Assembly (NCBI GenBank): GCA_943788985.1
Contig: CALSSJ010000041.1
Location: forward strand, 1-55,249
Direction of reading: 5' to 3'
DNA length: 55,249 nucleotides
DNA from: an uncultured Lentisphaerales bacterium
GTDB lineage: Bacteria > Verrucomicrobiota > Lentisphaeria > JABSQK01 > UBA12247
Below, piece by piece: positions 39,982 to 50,651 of this stretch (position 1 is its first letter; every line of letters begins with the position of its first letter). The notes under the pieces are model-generated. The model worked only from the letters and a program-made list of their open reading frames with translations, was not told where the DNA came from and did not search any database. The translations under genes were made by a program, and so were the position numbers.

Positions 39982-42900
39982 CTATTCCGGCGCGATCAGC
40001 TCGAAATCGGTCCCGGCATCGTAGATCATGTAGTATCCCTCATAGAGGGACAAGTCGGCCTCAAAGGGCACCTTCTGCCAGCTACCGCCCACGAAGCGCC
40101 AGATAATCAGAGGTGCCGGGCCAGGCCACGGGCCCGCCTGAAGCGCTCCCACCACGGCCCAGTCGCCCGCGCCAAACGCCACATCCACGGCACGGACTGG
40201 CGACGTGAAGATCGCACTTTCGCAGGGGATCGCTGAAAACGCCCAATACCCCGTTCCTGGCAGCAAAAACTCCGCATCGCCTACCGCCACCAGCCCACCA
40301 GCCGTCACCCGGTATACCGCCACCGCACAGTTGCCGAACATCGTCCCCATCGGCTGATGGGGACTGCCCGGCACGCTCATCAACTGCCAACCCGCCGCGA
40401 TCGGCACCGTGTGTTCACGCGTCTCCGCCACCAGCGAGACCGTTACCTCGTGCGACACCGCCTCACCATCCGTTGCCTGATACGTGAACGAGTCTTCGCC
40501 CGTAAATGAAGCGCCCGGCTCATAGCTAAAACTACCGTCGCTCAGCAACGTGAGCGTACCGTGCGCCACTGACGTGACTACGCTCGCCTCCAAGCCCGCA
40601 CTGTCGACATCATCATCGTTTGCCAACACGCCGGTCCCAGAGACCAGCAACTGGTTACCGTCCACGCTATAGCTGTCTTCAACCGCCACTGGCGGATCGT
40701 TGACCGCCAAGACCGTGATCGTCACCGTTGCGGAGTTGGTAAACAACCCATCCACCACCGCGTAAATGAAGACGTCCTGCCCGTTGAAATCCTGGGGAGG
40801 TGCATAGGTAAACGAGCCATCTGAGGATAGGTTCAGGGTGCCGGAAGGTTCAATTTCCACCGAATAAACCAGCCCACCTTCCAGATCTGTGTCCGCGATG
40901 GAGTCATTCAGGGTTTCATCTTCATTTGCAGTAAAGGCATCATCGCTGATTGTCGGCGGGTCATTCACGGGGCTCACCGTAAGCGACACGGTTGCGGAGT
41001 TCGCAAACAACCCATCCACCACAGCGTAGACGAACTCGTCCTGCCCGTTGAAGTCCTGAATCGGCGTATATGTAAACGAACCGTCGGACAACAGCACGAG
41101 TCCTCCCGCCGGGGCAATCTGCAGCGAATAGGTCAGCCCGCCTTCCACGTCCTCATCGGCGATCGTATCACGCAGCGTCATATCCTCTTCCAGGGTAAAT
41201 GCGTCAGCGCTTACCGTCGGCGCATCGTTGACCGGATCCACTGTAATCGTCACCGTTGCGGACTCCGCAAACTCACCGTCTATCACCGCATAGATGAACA
41301 CATCTAGCCCGTTGAAGTTCTGGGGAGGCGTGTAGCCAAATGAACCATCGGAGGAAAGATTCAGGATCCCAATAGGTTCCGTATGCACCGAATAAACCAG
41401 CCCGCCCTCAACATCCGCATCTGCAATGGAATCATTCAGGATTTCGTCCTCATCTGTCGTAAAGGCATCGTCTGTCACGGTTGGCGCATCGTTGACCGGT
41501 TCGATCGTGATTGTCACCAAGGTCGGTCCCGAACTCAGCCGTGTGTCAGTAGCGAGGTACTGAAAGCTGACCGGGGCCGTCGCGTTGAGTGCGGGCTGAT
41601 AGGTGAAGCTGCCATCTGCCAGCAACGTTAGTTCGCCGGAGTCTGGCGCCAGCTGCAGCAGCGCCTCGAGCTCATCCTCATCAATGTCGCTGTCATTGTC
41701 GAGCAGGTTGCCAAACACCGGCAAGTCTTCTATTGCCGTGAACGACTCAGCAGTCCCGACGGGCGGATCATTCACGGGTTGAATCGTAATGCTGATCAGA
41801 GCCGTGACCGAGATCTCCCCGTCCGAAATTGCATAAGAAAACGTATCCACGCCATTCTGCTCCGCCTCCGGCACGTAAGTAAATGCCCCATCTGCCGTGA
41901 GCGTAATCCTCCCAAGCGCGGGCTCGGTTGCCAGCGTTGCCTCGAATACGAGATCGTCGACATCACTATCGTTCGCCAGCAAACCATCCACAGCCGCCAC
42001 CGAGAACGCTGTGTCTTCATCGGTCAGAAAGGCGTCGCCCAACGCAATTGGCGCGTCGTTCTGCGCCACAATCGTGATCAGCACGGACCCAGCCAATGAA
42101 TCGAGCGCGCCGTCGCTTGCCAGGTACGTGAAGGTCACAGGATCCGTCTGATTGAGCGCTGGCACATAGGTGAAGGCCCCCGACGAATCCAGCTGCAACT
42201 GCCCGGTCGCGGGCGACAAAAGAACGCTGAGGCTCAGCACGTCTTGGTCGACATCGCTGTCATTCTCAGACAGGTCTCCCGCCAGCGTGCCATCTTCAAG
42301 CACCGTATAGCTGTCAGCTGCGACCACCGGCCTGTCATTCACCGCTTCGACCGTGATCGTGACTGTCGTCGTCGCCGATGCCACAGTGCCGTCGAATACC
42401 GCGTACGAAAAGACCACATCGCCGACCGCGTCTACTTCCGGCTCAAAGGTAAAACTGCCGTCCGCCTCCAGCGTCAGCGCGCCACTGCCAGGCCCGGTCC
42501 CCAGAATCGCGCTGATAGCGTCTTGGTCCAGGTCCGTGTCATTGCTCAGCACGGACCCTGCGATCGCAGTATCCTCGGCTGTGGTGAAGCTGTCTGCCAG
42601 TGCCACTGGCGGGTCATTCTGCGGCAGGATCGTCAACGTAATCGTCGCCGACGCCGAAGGTTCCGTCCCATCGGATGCCACAAACACGAAGGAGCGGGAC
42701 CCGTGATCGTTGCCCGCGGGCACATACGTGAACGCTCCAGTTGCCGCTGCCTCCAGAACGCCGCTAGCCGGTGCCGTCAAGACCATCAGAGCCAGCGCAT
42801 CACCATCGACATCATCGGCCCCAGCCAGAGCGCCCGGGGCAGGGACAACCAGAGTTGTATCCTCTAGGAGGGTGTAGGTCGCGTCGATCACCGTTGGCGA

Positions 42901-45900
42901 GTCGTTGACCGGCGTGATGGTAATCACGACGGTTGCGGAGTTCGCAGCACCACTGGGGTCGGTGATGCGATACACAAACTGGTCTGGCCCGTTGGCGTCC
43001 GCGTGCGGTTCGTAGCTGAATGCCCCGTCGGCAGCCAGCGACAGCGAACCTTGAGCCGGCGGCGTTACGCTCGCGACCAGCAAACCATCGCCATCCACGT
43101 CATTGTCATTGTCCGTGAGATTTCCACTCCACAGGCCATCTTCGTCCACGGTGAAGGCATCCGCACCAGCCTGAGGCGCGTCATTGACGGGCAGCACCGT
43201 GATCGTCACCGTAGTCGTGGCGCTCAGTTCGCCATCGCTCACGGTCGCCGTCAACTCAAACGGTCCGTGCGCATCGGCAGGCGGATCAAACGTAAACGTC
43301 CCAGCCACCGACTGGCTCGCTACCCCCGCGACAATGCCAAATTCAAGCGTTGCCGAGTCAATATCCTGCGCAAACGCTGCGAGGTCCGCACTCAGCAGCT
43401 GATCCTCGTCGGTGATGAAGGCGGGAGCCTGCAAAAACACCGGCGCGTCGTTCACGGGCTCGATCACAATCGACACCTCGCCGGTATCGCTAAGCGCCCC
43501 ATCCGAAACCGTGTAGCTGAAGGCCACGTCCGCATTCGCATCCGCGGCTGGCGCGTAGGTAAAAGTCCCATCGCTCGCCACCTCCAGTGTGCCAGTTGCT
43601 GGCGCGACCAGCACCTCGAAACTCAGCACGGGGGAATCAACATCCCCGTCATTGGCCCCCAGCGCGACACCGGCAGAGGGCGTCAGCAGCCCATCCTCGC
43701 TCATCGTGTAGCTATCTGGCTCGGCCACCGGAGCGTCGGCCACCGCGCTGATCGAGAGCCGCACGGTCGCAAGAGAAGAATTCAGCTGCCCATCAGTGGC
43801 CTGGTAACTGAAGCTGTCCTCGCCATAAGCGTTCGCAGTCGGCTCAAACGTAAAGGTACCATCCGCTGCGAGCGTGAGTTCGCCAAGGCTCGGTGGCACC
43901 AGCAACGTTGCCGCTAGCTCATCGCCATCGGGATCGTCGTCGTTCAACAGAATCGAGGGCGCCTCCAGAACCACGTCTTCGGTCAGGGTAAAGGCGTCGT
44001 CTTCCGCGGTTGGAAGGTCATTATTGCCGCCCACCACAATCGTGACGCTGGCAGTCCGGTCGAACTCCCCGTCACTCACCGTGTACACGAATGACACCTG
44101 GCCATCGAAGTTCGCAGCCGGTTCGTAGGTGAAGGCACCAGATGCGGCCAGAGTGAGCGTGCCCTCCACCGGCTCAGTCTGTACCGTGGTCGCCAAGGCG
44201 TCATCCTCGACATCATCGTCATTCGACAGAACCCCCGCTTCCGCGGTCACAAAAAGCGTCGTATCCTCCTGCGTCAGGTAGGCATCGGCAAACGGCGTCG
44301 GGGCATCGTTAATCGGCTCGACGACCAAACCGATGATCACAGCTGCGGACTGCGCAAGCCCGTCATCCACCGTGGCCGTAAACGCGTCCGCACCGGCAAA
44401 ATCAGCGTCTGGCACGTAAGTAAAGGCCCCGTCCGCGGCGATCGTGAGCGTCCCGTGCGTCGGCTGCGTCGCCTGCGGCAGCAGTGAGTCGCCATCCACA
44501 TCCGTGGCCAGCGCCAGCAGCCCGGCTCCCGCGCCCACCTCCAGCGTCGCATCCTCGTTCACCGAAAACGCCAACGCCACAGCCACCGGCGCATCGTTCT
44601 CTGCCGTAATCGTCAGCGTGACCGTAGCCGTACGCGAGAGCTGCCCGTCGCTGCAGCTGTAGCTGAAGAAAACCTCGCCGTTCACGTTCTCAGCGGGGAC
44701 ATAGGTAAAGGCACCGTCCGCCACGAGCGTAAGGGTGCCAGTCGCTGGCTCGCTCAGGACCGTCGCCGTCAGCCCATCCCCGTCCACATCATCATCGTTT
44801 GCCAACACACCGCTGACCGCCGGGACCGACACCGTTTCGTCCTCCACCAGCGAGTACGCATCCGGCTGCGGAGCTGGCGGGTCGTTGACGGGAATCCCCA
44901 CCAACGTCACAACCCCCGTCGTGGCGCTGGTCCCATCGTGGGCTGCATAGACAAAGCTGTCCGCGGCATTTTCCTGCGCGTCCGGCGTGTAGGTAAAGGC
45001 ACCATCGGCCAGCAAGGTCAGCTGCCCCGCTGCCGGAGATTGCACCACCTGCGCCGTCAGCCCGACGCTGTCGATATCGCTGTCATTGGCCAACGGCCCC
45101 GCAACGGCAACCACAAGCGCCGTATCTTCCGTAAACGTGTAGCTGTCTGCCATCGTCACCGGAGCGTCATCGGCGGCATTGATCGTGATCGTAAGGATCG
45201 CGTGATTTCCCACCGTCAGTCCGTCGCTTGCCTGGTACGTGAACAGCGCTGTACCGCTCGCGTTGTCTGTCGGAATAAACAAAAATGAGCCGTCGGCGCT
45301 CAGCGACAGCTGTCCGAGGCTATGATTAGCGTTACTGGTGAGCACCGCAAACAGACCAGGCCCATCCACATCTACATCATTGTCCAAAACCCCACCGGCG
45401 AGCGCCGCGATGCTGAGCGTCTCATCCTCGCCCGTCTCATAGGCGTCATTCTCCGAAATCGGCGGGTCATTCAACGCGGTCACCGTCACCGTCACGACCA
45501 CCGACTCCGAGGCAGCTGCGCCGTCGTGCGTCTGGTAGCTGAAGCTAAACACTCCGGCTTGTTCCGCAGCTGGGACAAAGGTGAAGCTACCATCCGCCAG
45601 CAACGTCAGCTCGCCCGTGGCCGGTGCCGTCAGCAGTTGTGCCTGAAGCTCCGGCGAATCGATATCGCTATCGTTCTCCAGGACGCCTGGGGCCGTAACC
45701 GTGAGAGTCGCATCCTCATCCAGCTCCCATTCGTCGGCCACGGCCACCGGCGCATCGTTCTCTGCCGTCACCGTGAGCGTCACCAACTGCGTCACCGATA
45801 CCGTGCCATCGCTCAGCGAGTAGCTGAACTGATCCGAGCCTGCGAAGTTCGCAACCGGCGTGTAGGTAAACGCCCCACTGGCCAGCAACGTCACCGCCCC

Positions 45901-48900
45901 ATGCGCCGGATCCCCCAGCACCGCCGTCTCCAGCGGGTCCAAATCCACGTCACTGTCGTTCGCCTGCAGGTCATCGCTCACGCTGCCGTCTTCCACCAGC
46001 ACGTAGTTATCAAGTAGCGCGACCGGCGCGTCATTGACCGGCAGAATCACAAACGCCACCGTGCGCACCGGCGAATTCAACGCCCCATCCGTCGCGCGAT
46101 AGCTGAAGCTGTCGTTCCCAGTCGCATCGGCTACTGGGACGTAGCTGAGCGCGCCAGACGCCGTGAACGTCAGCTGCCCCGCCGGCATCGTCAGCGCCAC
46201 AAAGCTCAGTTCGTCCCCGTCCGGGTCCTCATCGTTGGCCAGCGGACCTGGCGGCGCGAGCACCAGCTCAGTATCTTCATCCAAGGTATAGCTGTCGGCC
46301 GTTGCTTCCGGCGAATCCGCCCGCGGGTTCACCGTAATCGTCACCAGCGCCGTCACCGTCGTCCCCCCGTCCGTCACGCTGTAGGCGAACACATCCTCGC
46401 CAAAGAAATTCGCCACCGGCGTATACGTGTAGGCGCCGGATGCCTCCACCACAATCTCAGCCGTTGCGGACTCCGCAAAAAGCGCAGCCACCAAGGCATC
46501 CCCATCCGGATCAGAATCATTCGCCAGCAGCCCGTTTGCCTCGCCGCGGATGAGCGTCGCATCCTCATCCAGCGTTGCGGAGTCCGCAACTGCCACAGGC
46601 GGATCTGGCTGCGCGATGATCGCAATCGTCGCCGTCGTCGTCACGCTGAACTCCCCATCGCTGACTTGATAGGTAAACACCACGCCATCGGTTCGGTGCT
46701 CACTAGGAGTCAAGGTGAAGGCTCCCGAGCCATCCAACACCAGATTCCCATGCGCCGGCTGATTCAGCGCCGTGTACACCAGCCCGGCGCTGTCGATATC
46801 CTGATCCGGCGCCACGCTGTCCACCAGCTGCATGTCTTCGACCACCGTAAACGCATCGGCAATGGCCACCGGCGGGTCATTGACCGGCTCGATCGTAATC
46901 GTCACCGTTGCGGAGTCCGCAATCCCGCCGTCCACGACGGAATAGATGAACACATCCTCACCGTTGAAATCCGCCACCGGCGCGTAGGTGAAAGTACCAT
47001 CAGAGGAAAGGATAAGGGTTCCAAAAGGTTCCGTATGCACTGAATACACCAGCCCACCTTCGAGATCTTCATCCGCAATGGAGTCGTTCAGGGTTTCATC
47101 TTCATCGATCGTAAAGGCGACGTCGGTAACCGTGGGCGGGTCATTCACCGGCTCGATCGTAATCGTCACCGTTGCGGAGTCCGCAAACTCCCCGTCGAAG
47201 ACCCGATAGAGAAAGCTGTAGCTGCCGGATTGGTCGCTGGGGGCGAGAAAGGTGTAGGCCCCGGTCTCAGCGAAAGTGAGAGCGCCAGCAACCGGATCCG
47301 AGAGCTTGATAAAGGTAAGGCCACCTTCAGGGTCGAAATCGTTGCTGGCTACGGAGTTGACGAGCAGGATGTCTTCCTCGCCGGTGTGGGAGTCGGCGAC
47401 AGCCTGCGGCGGGTCGTTCTCTGGCGTGAACGTGAAGGTGACCGTTGCGGAGTCCACAAACTCTTCGTCTGCAATCCGATACAGAAAGGAGTCTGAGCCA
47501 TCGAAGTGCAGGTTGGGCTGGTAGGCAAAGTTGCCATCGGCAAAAATGAGCGTGCCATTGGTGGGTTCGCTGAGCTTGGTGACCACCAGCGCGCTGTCCG
47601 GATCGACGTCGTTATCGACCACGCTGCCCGCGATCGGCTGGTCTTCCAGAGCCGTGTAGCTGTCATCCACGGCGTCCGGCGGGTCGTTTTGTGGGGTAAG
47701 CGTGATCGTCACCAGCCCGGTCAGGCTGTGCGCGCCGTCAGTCACGCGGTAGCTGAAGGAGATGTCACCGGTGACATTCTCCGCCGGATTATAGGTGAAG
47801 CTACCGTCTGCGATCAGCTCGACCGCGCCTGACGGCGGATCTAGCTCGACAGCATAGCTAAGGCCGCCTTCGACGTCTGCATCGGCGACGGATCCGCTTG
47901 CTGGCGTATCCTCGAGCACAGTGAAGGTATCGTTCGTGATCACGGGCGCGTCGTTCACCGGGTCAATCTGGATCGTGAGAGTCGAGGTGATGGTGAAGCT
48001 GCCATCGGAAATGCTGTAGTGAACCGTCTCGTTGCCGAACAGATTCTCGCTGGGCGTGTAGCTAAAGCCGCCCGTGGTGTCCACCACCAGCGTTCCCAAC
48101 GTGGTGGCCGACGCGCTGTAGACGAGCGCCCCGTGCTGGTCGTCGGTATCGTTCGTGGCCAGCGAGCCGGAGACAGGCTGATCTTCGTCGGTGGTCACGC
48201 TGTCCGCCACGGCCACGGCAGGATCATTGACCGGGCTGATGCTGAGACTGACAGTGTTGCTGACAGTGTACTCGACGTCTGAGACGGCATAGCGGAAGCT
48301 GTCCGCGCCGTTGAAATCCCCGTCTGGCTCGTAGGTAAAGGAGCCGTCTGCCAGCAAAGTGAGCGTGCCGGAACCAGGGCCTTCCACCACGCTGTGAGTG
48401 AGTACGGCCGTGTCGAGATCAGAAGAGGGCAGGGTGCCAGACACTGGCTCATCCTCAGACGTTGTCACGCTCAAAGCCTCTGCCAGCGGCGGATCGTTCA
48501 CCGGGTCCACCTGCATGGTAAGTGCTGCGCTGACGGTATGCTCAGTGTCGGTCACGGTGTAGAGCAGCTGCTCGAGCCCAGTCGCATTCTCGTTCGGGGT
48601 GTAAGTGAAGCTGCCATCCGGCAACAAGACCACCGAACCAAATGCCGCCGGCGTGACGCTGATGTAGAGAAGCCCACCTTCCACATCGAAGTCGTTGGCG
48701 GAGAGGTCGCCCGGGAGCGGGGTGTCTTCCGCGGTGGTATAGCTGTCGGCGGTCAGCTCGGGAACATCGTTTACGGGCGACATGGTGATGGTGGCGGTTG
48801 CGGAGACCGAAACCATCTCATCGCTGACCGAGTAGGTGAGGAAGACGGTGTCAGTCGCGTTCTCAACAGGCACGTAAGTGAGCGAACCGTCTGCCTCAAA

Positions 48901-50040
48901 CGTGAATGAGCCGGTCGCGGGGCCAAGCACAAGGCTGGCCGAGAGCGAGTCGAGGTCGACATCGGAGTCGTTCGCCAGCAAGTCGGCAAACAAGACGGAA
49001 TCCTCGGGAAAGGTGATGGACTCGCCGACTACCGTCGGGGGATCATTCACCGGCGTGATCGTGATGGTAACGGTTGCGGAGTCCGCAAGATCGGTGTCGC
49101 TGACCGAGTAGCTGAAGCTGACCTCGCCATTGTCGTTTTCCGCGGGTGTGTAGGTGAACGCACCGGACGGGAGCAGCGTCAGGTCTCCCCGTGGTGGCGG
49201 GGTAACGACAGAGACGGTCAGCACGTCGCCTTCGTCTGGATCTGCGTCATTCGCCAGAACGTCATCAGAAACCGCAGTGTCCTCGTCGGTGGTATAACCG
49301 TCCGCTGTAGCCTGGGGCGGGTCGTTCACCGGGGTGATGGTGATGGTCACAGTGCTGGTGGCGGAGAGATTGCCATCATCTGCTGCGTAGATAAAGCTGA
49401 TCTCGCCGGCAGCATTCAGCGGCGGGCTAAAGGTGAAGGAGCCGTCGGCGGCAACCGTGGCAGTGCCGGTAGCGGGGGCAGTGGCCAGCGACGCGGTCAT
49501 CGGGTCGGTATCGACGTCGTTATCCAGCAGCCCGGGGGCCGCGACGAAGAGCTCGGTGTCTTCGGCGATGGTGTAGCTGTCCGGGTTTGCGGTTGGTGGG
49601 CCATTCACATTCCAGGTCAACGACGCGGCCGTGATGCCGTGAGTCGCCCGATCTAGAGTCGGCAGGAAGTCGTCCGCGTTCGGCGCGCCACTGCCCACAG
49701 TTGCGACGGCGTAGGGCGTCACCTGGCTCAGCACCAGGGTAATAGGCGTGACGCCGCTCAGCTCGCCTAGCTGAATCACCCCAACAAAGTAGCCGCTCGC
49801 CGCTTCATCCAGGCCGGATAGGTCTGCGGTAGTAATGATCTGGTCGGCACCGTTGCGCACTTCCGCGGTGTAATTTGCGAGGTTCGCAGCGGTGAGCAGG
49901 GCATCCGTGTGGTCCAACGCGGGCGCACCCGCCGAGCCAAGCTCGAGCCAGATGATGTCCGCCAGCGCTGGCATGGCCAGAAGCAGCGCCAGCCCCAACA
50001 GGCGCCACCCGCGGAGCCGCGTTCGACCAGGGTCAGTCAT
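39982..50040 (-). CDS. Giant secreted adhesin-like protein with ~33 tandem cadherin-like/Big_9 (tandem-95) repeats
   Basis: Intact 3352-aa ORF with a signal peptide. I count about 33 'P(V)ND(A/P)P.A..D.Y...ED' units, each with 'L..ND.D.D' and 'G.F.Y.P..N..G.D.F.Y'. A C-terminal GWQ domain follows. Confidence 0.93.
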   Translation of the reverse strand: MTDPGRTRLRGWRLLGLALLLAMPALADIIWLELGSAGAPALDHTDALLTAANLANYTAEVRNGADQIITTADLSGLDEAASGYFVGVIQLGELSGVTPITLVLSQVTPYAVATVGSGAPNADDFLPTLDRATHGITAASLTWNVNGPPTANPDSYTIAEDTELFVAAPGLLDNDVDTDPMTASLATAPATGTATVAADGSFTFSPPLNAAGEISFIYAADDGNLSATSTVTITITPVNDPPQATADGYTTDEDTAVSDDVLANDADPDEGDVLTVSVVTPPPRGDLTLLPSGAFTYTPAENDNGEVSFSYSVSDTDLADSATVTITITPVNDPPTVVGESITFPEDSVLFADLLANDSDVDLDSLSASLVLGPATGSFTFEADGSLTYVPVENATDTVFLTYSVSDEMVSVSATATITMSPVNDVPELTADSYTTAEDTPLPGDLSANDFDVEGGLLYISVTPAAFGSVVLLPDGSFTYTPNENATGLEQLLYTVTDTEHTVSAALTMQVDPVNDPPLAEALSVTTSEDEPVSGTLPSSDLDTAVLTHSVVEGPGSGTLTLLADGSFTYEPDGDFNGADSFRYAVSDVEYTVSNTVSLSISPVNDPAVAVADSVTTDEDQPVSGSLATNDTDDQHGALVYSASATTLGTLVVDTTGGFSYTPSENLFGNETVHYSISDGSFTITSTLTIQIDPVNDAPVITNDTFTVLEDTPASGSVADADVEGGLSYAVELDPPSGAVELIADGSFTYNPAENVTGDISFSYRVTDGAHSLTGLVTITLTPQNDPPDAVDDSYTALEDQPIAGSVVDNDVDPDSALVVTKLSEPTNGTLIFADGNFAYQPNLHFDGSDSFLYRIADEEFVDSATVTFTFTPENDPPQAVADSHTGEEDILLVNSVASNDFDPEGGLTFIKLSDPVAGALTFAETGAYTFLAPSDQSGSYSFLYRVFDGEFADSATVTITIEPVNDPPTVTDVAFTIDEDETLNDSIADEDLEGGLVYSVHTEPFGTLILSSDGTFTYAPVADFNGEDVFIYSVVDGGIADSATVTITIEPVNDPPVAIADAFTVVEDMQLVDSVAPDQDIDSAGLVYTALNQPAHGNLVLDGSGAFTLTPSEHRTDGVVFTYQVSDGEFSVTTTATIAIIAQPDPPVAVADSATLDEDATLIRGEANGLLANDSDPDGDALVAALFAESATAEIVVEASGAYTYTPVANFFGEDVFAYSVTDGGTTVTALVTITVNPRADSPEATADSYTLDEDTELVLAPPGPLANDEDPDGDELSFVALTMPAGQLTFTASGALSYVPVADATGNDSFSYRATDGALNSPVRTVAFVILPVNDAPVALLDNYVLVEDGSVSDDLQANDSDVDLDPLETAVLGDPAHGAVTLLASGAFTYTPVANFAGSDQFSYSLSDGTVSVTQLVTLTVTAENDAPVAVADEWELDEDATLTVTAPGVLENDSDIDSPELQAQLLTAPATGELTLLADGSFTFVPAAEQAGVFSFSYQTHDGAAASESVVVTVTVTALNDPPISENDAYETGEDETLSIAALAGGVLDNDVDVDGPGLFAVLTSNANHSLGQLSLSADGSFLFIPTDNASGTALFTYQASDGLTVGNHAILTITINAADDAPVTMADSYTFTEDTALVVAVAGPLANDSDIDSVGLTAQVVQSPAAGQLTLLADGAFTYTPDAQENAADSFVYAAHDGTSATTGVVTLVGIPVNDPPAPQPDAYSLVEDETVSVPAVSGVLANDDDVDGDGLTATVLSEPATGTLTLVADGAFTYVPAENVNGEVFFSYSCSDGQLSRTATVTLTITAENDAPVAVALAFSVNEDATLEVGAGAGLLALATDVDGDSLLPQATQPTHGTLTIAADGAFTYVPDADFAGADAFTATVDDGLAQSAAVIIGLVVEPINDAPTPFADAYLTQEDTTLFVTAEAGVLSNDDDVEDDALATTVQTEPVEGTLTLAASGAFTYEPAANFDGQVSFVYTVSDGEFDRTASVTIVVGGNNDLPTAEDDAFTLTEDVVLEAPSILLNDDDPDGDELAATLLVPPSLGELTLAADGTFTFEPTANAYGEDSFSYQATDGQLNSSLATVRLSISAVADAPVAEPDSYTMSEDGLLTPSAGVALGANDGDVDSPVLSFEVLVAPATGTLEVASDGTFTYAPAADANADVAFSYTVSDGALSDTGEVSIVIEPVNDAPVFLQAPAFITDEDQLLSADLAAFAQDIDSATLEFGIVAGVASQSVAGTFTFDPPADAHGPFELTATVSDGELSATTTVTITVLPVNDAPQAGADAFTVDEDGLWSGNLTDNDNDVDGDGLLVASVTPPAQGSLSLAADGAFSYEPHADANGPDQFVYRITDPSGAANSATVVITITPVNDSPTVIDATYTLLEDTTLVVPAPGALAGADDVDGDALALMVLTAPASGVLEAAATGAFTYVPAGNDHGSRSFVFVASDGTEPSASATITLTILPQNDPPVALADSFTTAEDTAIAGSVLSNDTDLDQDAISAILGTGPGSGALTLEADGSFTFEPEVDAVGDVVFSYAVFDGTVASATTTVTITVEAVNDRPVVAADSYTVLEDGTLAGDLSENDSDVDQDVLSLSVLLSPATGQLQLDSSGAFTYVPALNQTDPVTFTYLASDGALDSLAGSVLITIVAQNDAPIALGDAFLTDEDTAFSVAAVDGLLANDSDVDDLVFEATLATEPALGRITLTADGAFTYVPEAEQNGVDTFSYAISDGEISVTALISITIQPVNDPPVGTAESFTAIEDLPVFGNLLDNDSDIDEDELEALLQLAPDSGELTLLADGSFTYQPALNATAPVSFQYLATDTRLSSGPTLVTITIEPVNDAPTVTDDAFTTDEDEILNDSIADADVEGGLVYSVHTEPIGILNLSSDGSFGYTPPQNFNGLDVFIYAVIDGEFAESATVTITVDPVNDAPTVSADAFTLEEDMTLRDTIADEDVEGGLTYSLQIAPAGGLVLLSDGSFTYTPIQDFNGQDEFVYAVVDGLFANSATVSLTVSPVNDPPTISDDAFTANEDETLNDSIADTDLEGGLVYSVEIEPSGTLNLSSDGSFTYAPPQDFNGQDVFIYAVVDGLFTNSATVTITVLAVNDPPVAVEDSYSVDGNQLLVSGTGVLANDDDVDSAGLEASVVTSVAHGTLTLLSDGSFSYEPGASFTGEDSFTYQATDGEAVSHEVTVSLVAETREHTVPIAAGWQLMSVPGSPHQPMGTMFGNCAVAVYRVTAGGLVAVGDAEFLLPGTGYWAFSAIPCESAIFTSPVRAVDVAFGAGDWAVVGALQAGPWPGPAPLIIWRFVGGSWQKVPFEADLSLYEGYYMIYDAGTDFELIAPE

Positions 50041-50084
50041 CTGCGGACTCCGAGGGAGTCAATAGCGGAGCAAAGGGCAAGGGA

Positions 50085-50534
50085 TCAGTGCCGAACGCGG
50101 GTCGCGCCGTGCCCCTCCACCAGGCGAACACGATCGCCTACATTGAAGTACACGTCCGCCTCCTGCACCACCACAAGCGCCGACCCGGAATCCAGGCGCA
50201 CGGTAATCTCCAGCGCTTGCTTCTGCGTCAGGCGCTCTTCCGCTGCGGCTCCGCCCACACCGCCCAGCAGGCCGCCGAGCACGGATCCGAGCTTGGCGGA
50301 ATCATTGTGATTGCTGACGGTCGAGCCGGCCACGCCGCCCGCAATTGCCCCGATCATGGCACCGGTTCCAGATTTCTTGCCCTCGATCAGCACGTTAGCG
50401 ACATGCGTCACCGTGCCCATTTTGACGCTGTGAGCCTGGCGGGCTTGGTCGTGGGTGTAGACTTTTCCGGAACGGCTGGAGACACAACCGATGAGTAACA
50501 GAGCGGAGAGAATCAGAATTGTGAGAGCTTTCAT
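50085..50534 (-). CDS. Glycine-zipper 2TM outer-membrane lipoprotein (SlyB/Pcp-like)
   Basis: Lipobox LLIGC, glycine zipper GAMIGAIAGGVAG...GGLLGGVGG, and 'EITVRLDSG..VVVQ....F.VGDRV'. Confidence 0.9.
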   Translation of the reverse strand: MKALTILILSALLLIGCVSSRSGKVYTHDQARQAHSVKMGTVTHVANVLIEGKKSGTGAMIGAIAGGVAGSTVSNHNDSAKLGSVLGGLLGGVGGAAAEERLTQKQALEITVRLDSGSALVVVQEADVYFNVGDRVRLVEGHGATRVRH

Positions 50535-50651
50535 ACGCGCGCGGACCTTTGTTTTTTGCGGGGATTTAATCGGTAAGACCGTAACGGTACCTGAGAGTTG
50601 CTGATGTTGCAAGATTTGCCAGCTGCAGCATCGGCCTTATGGTTCGAGGGT

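Noticed and set aside
41383..49111. Many plus-strand ORFs opposite the giant repeat gene, and other long antisense ORFs such as 28874..29779
   Set aside because: Shadow ORFs caused by high GC and codon bias, with no recognisable motifs.
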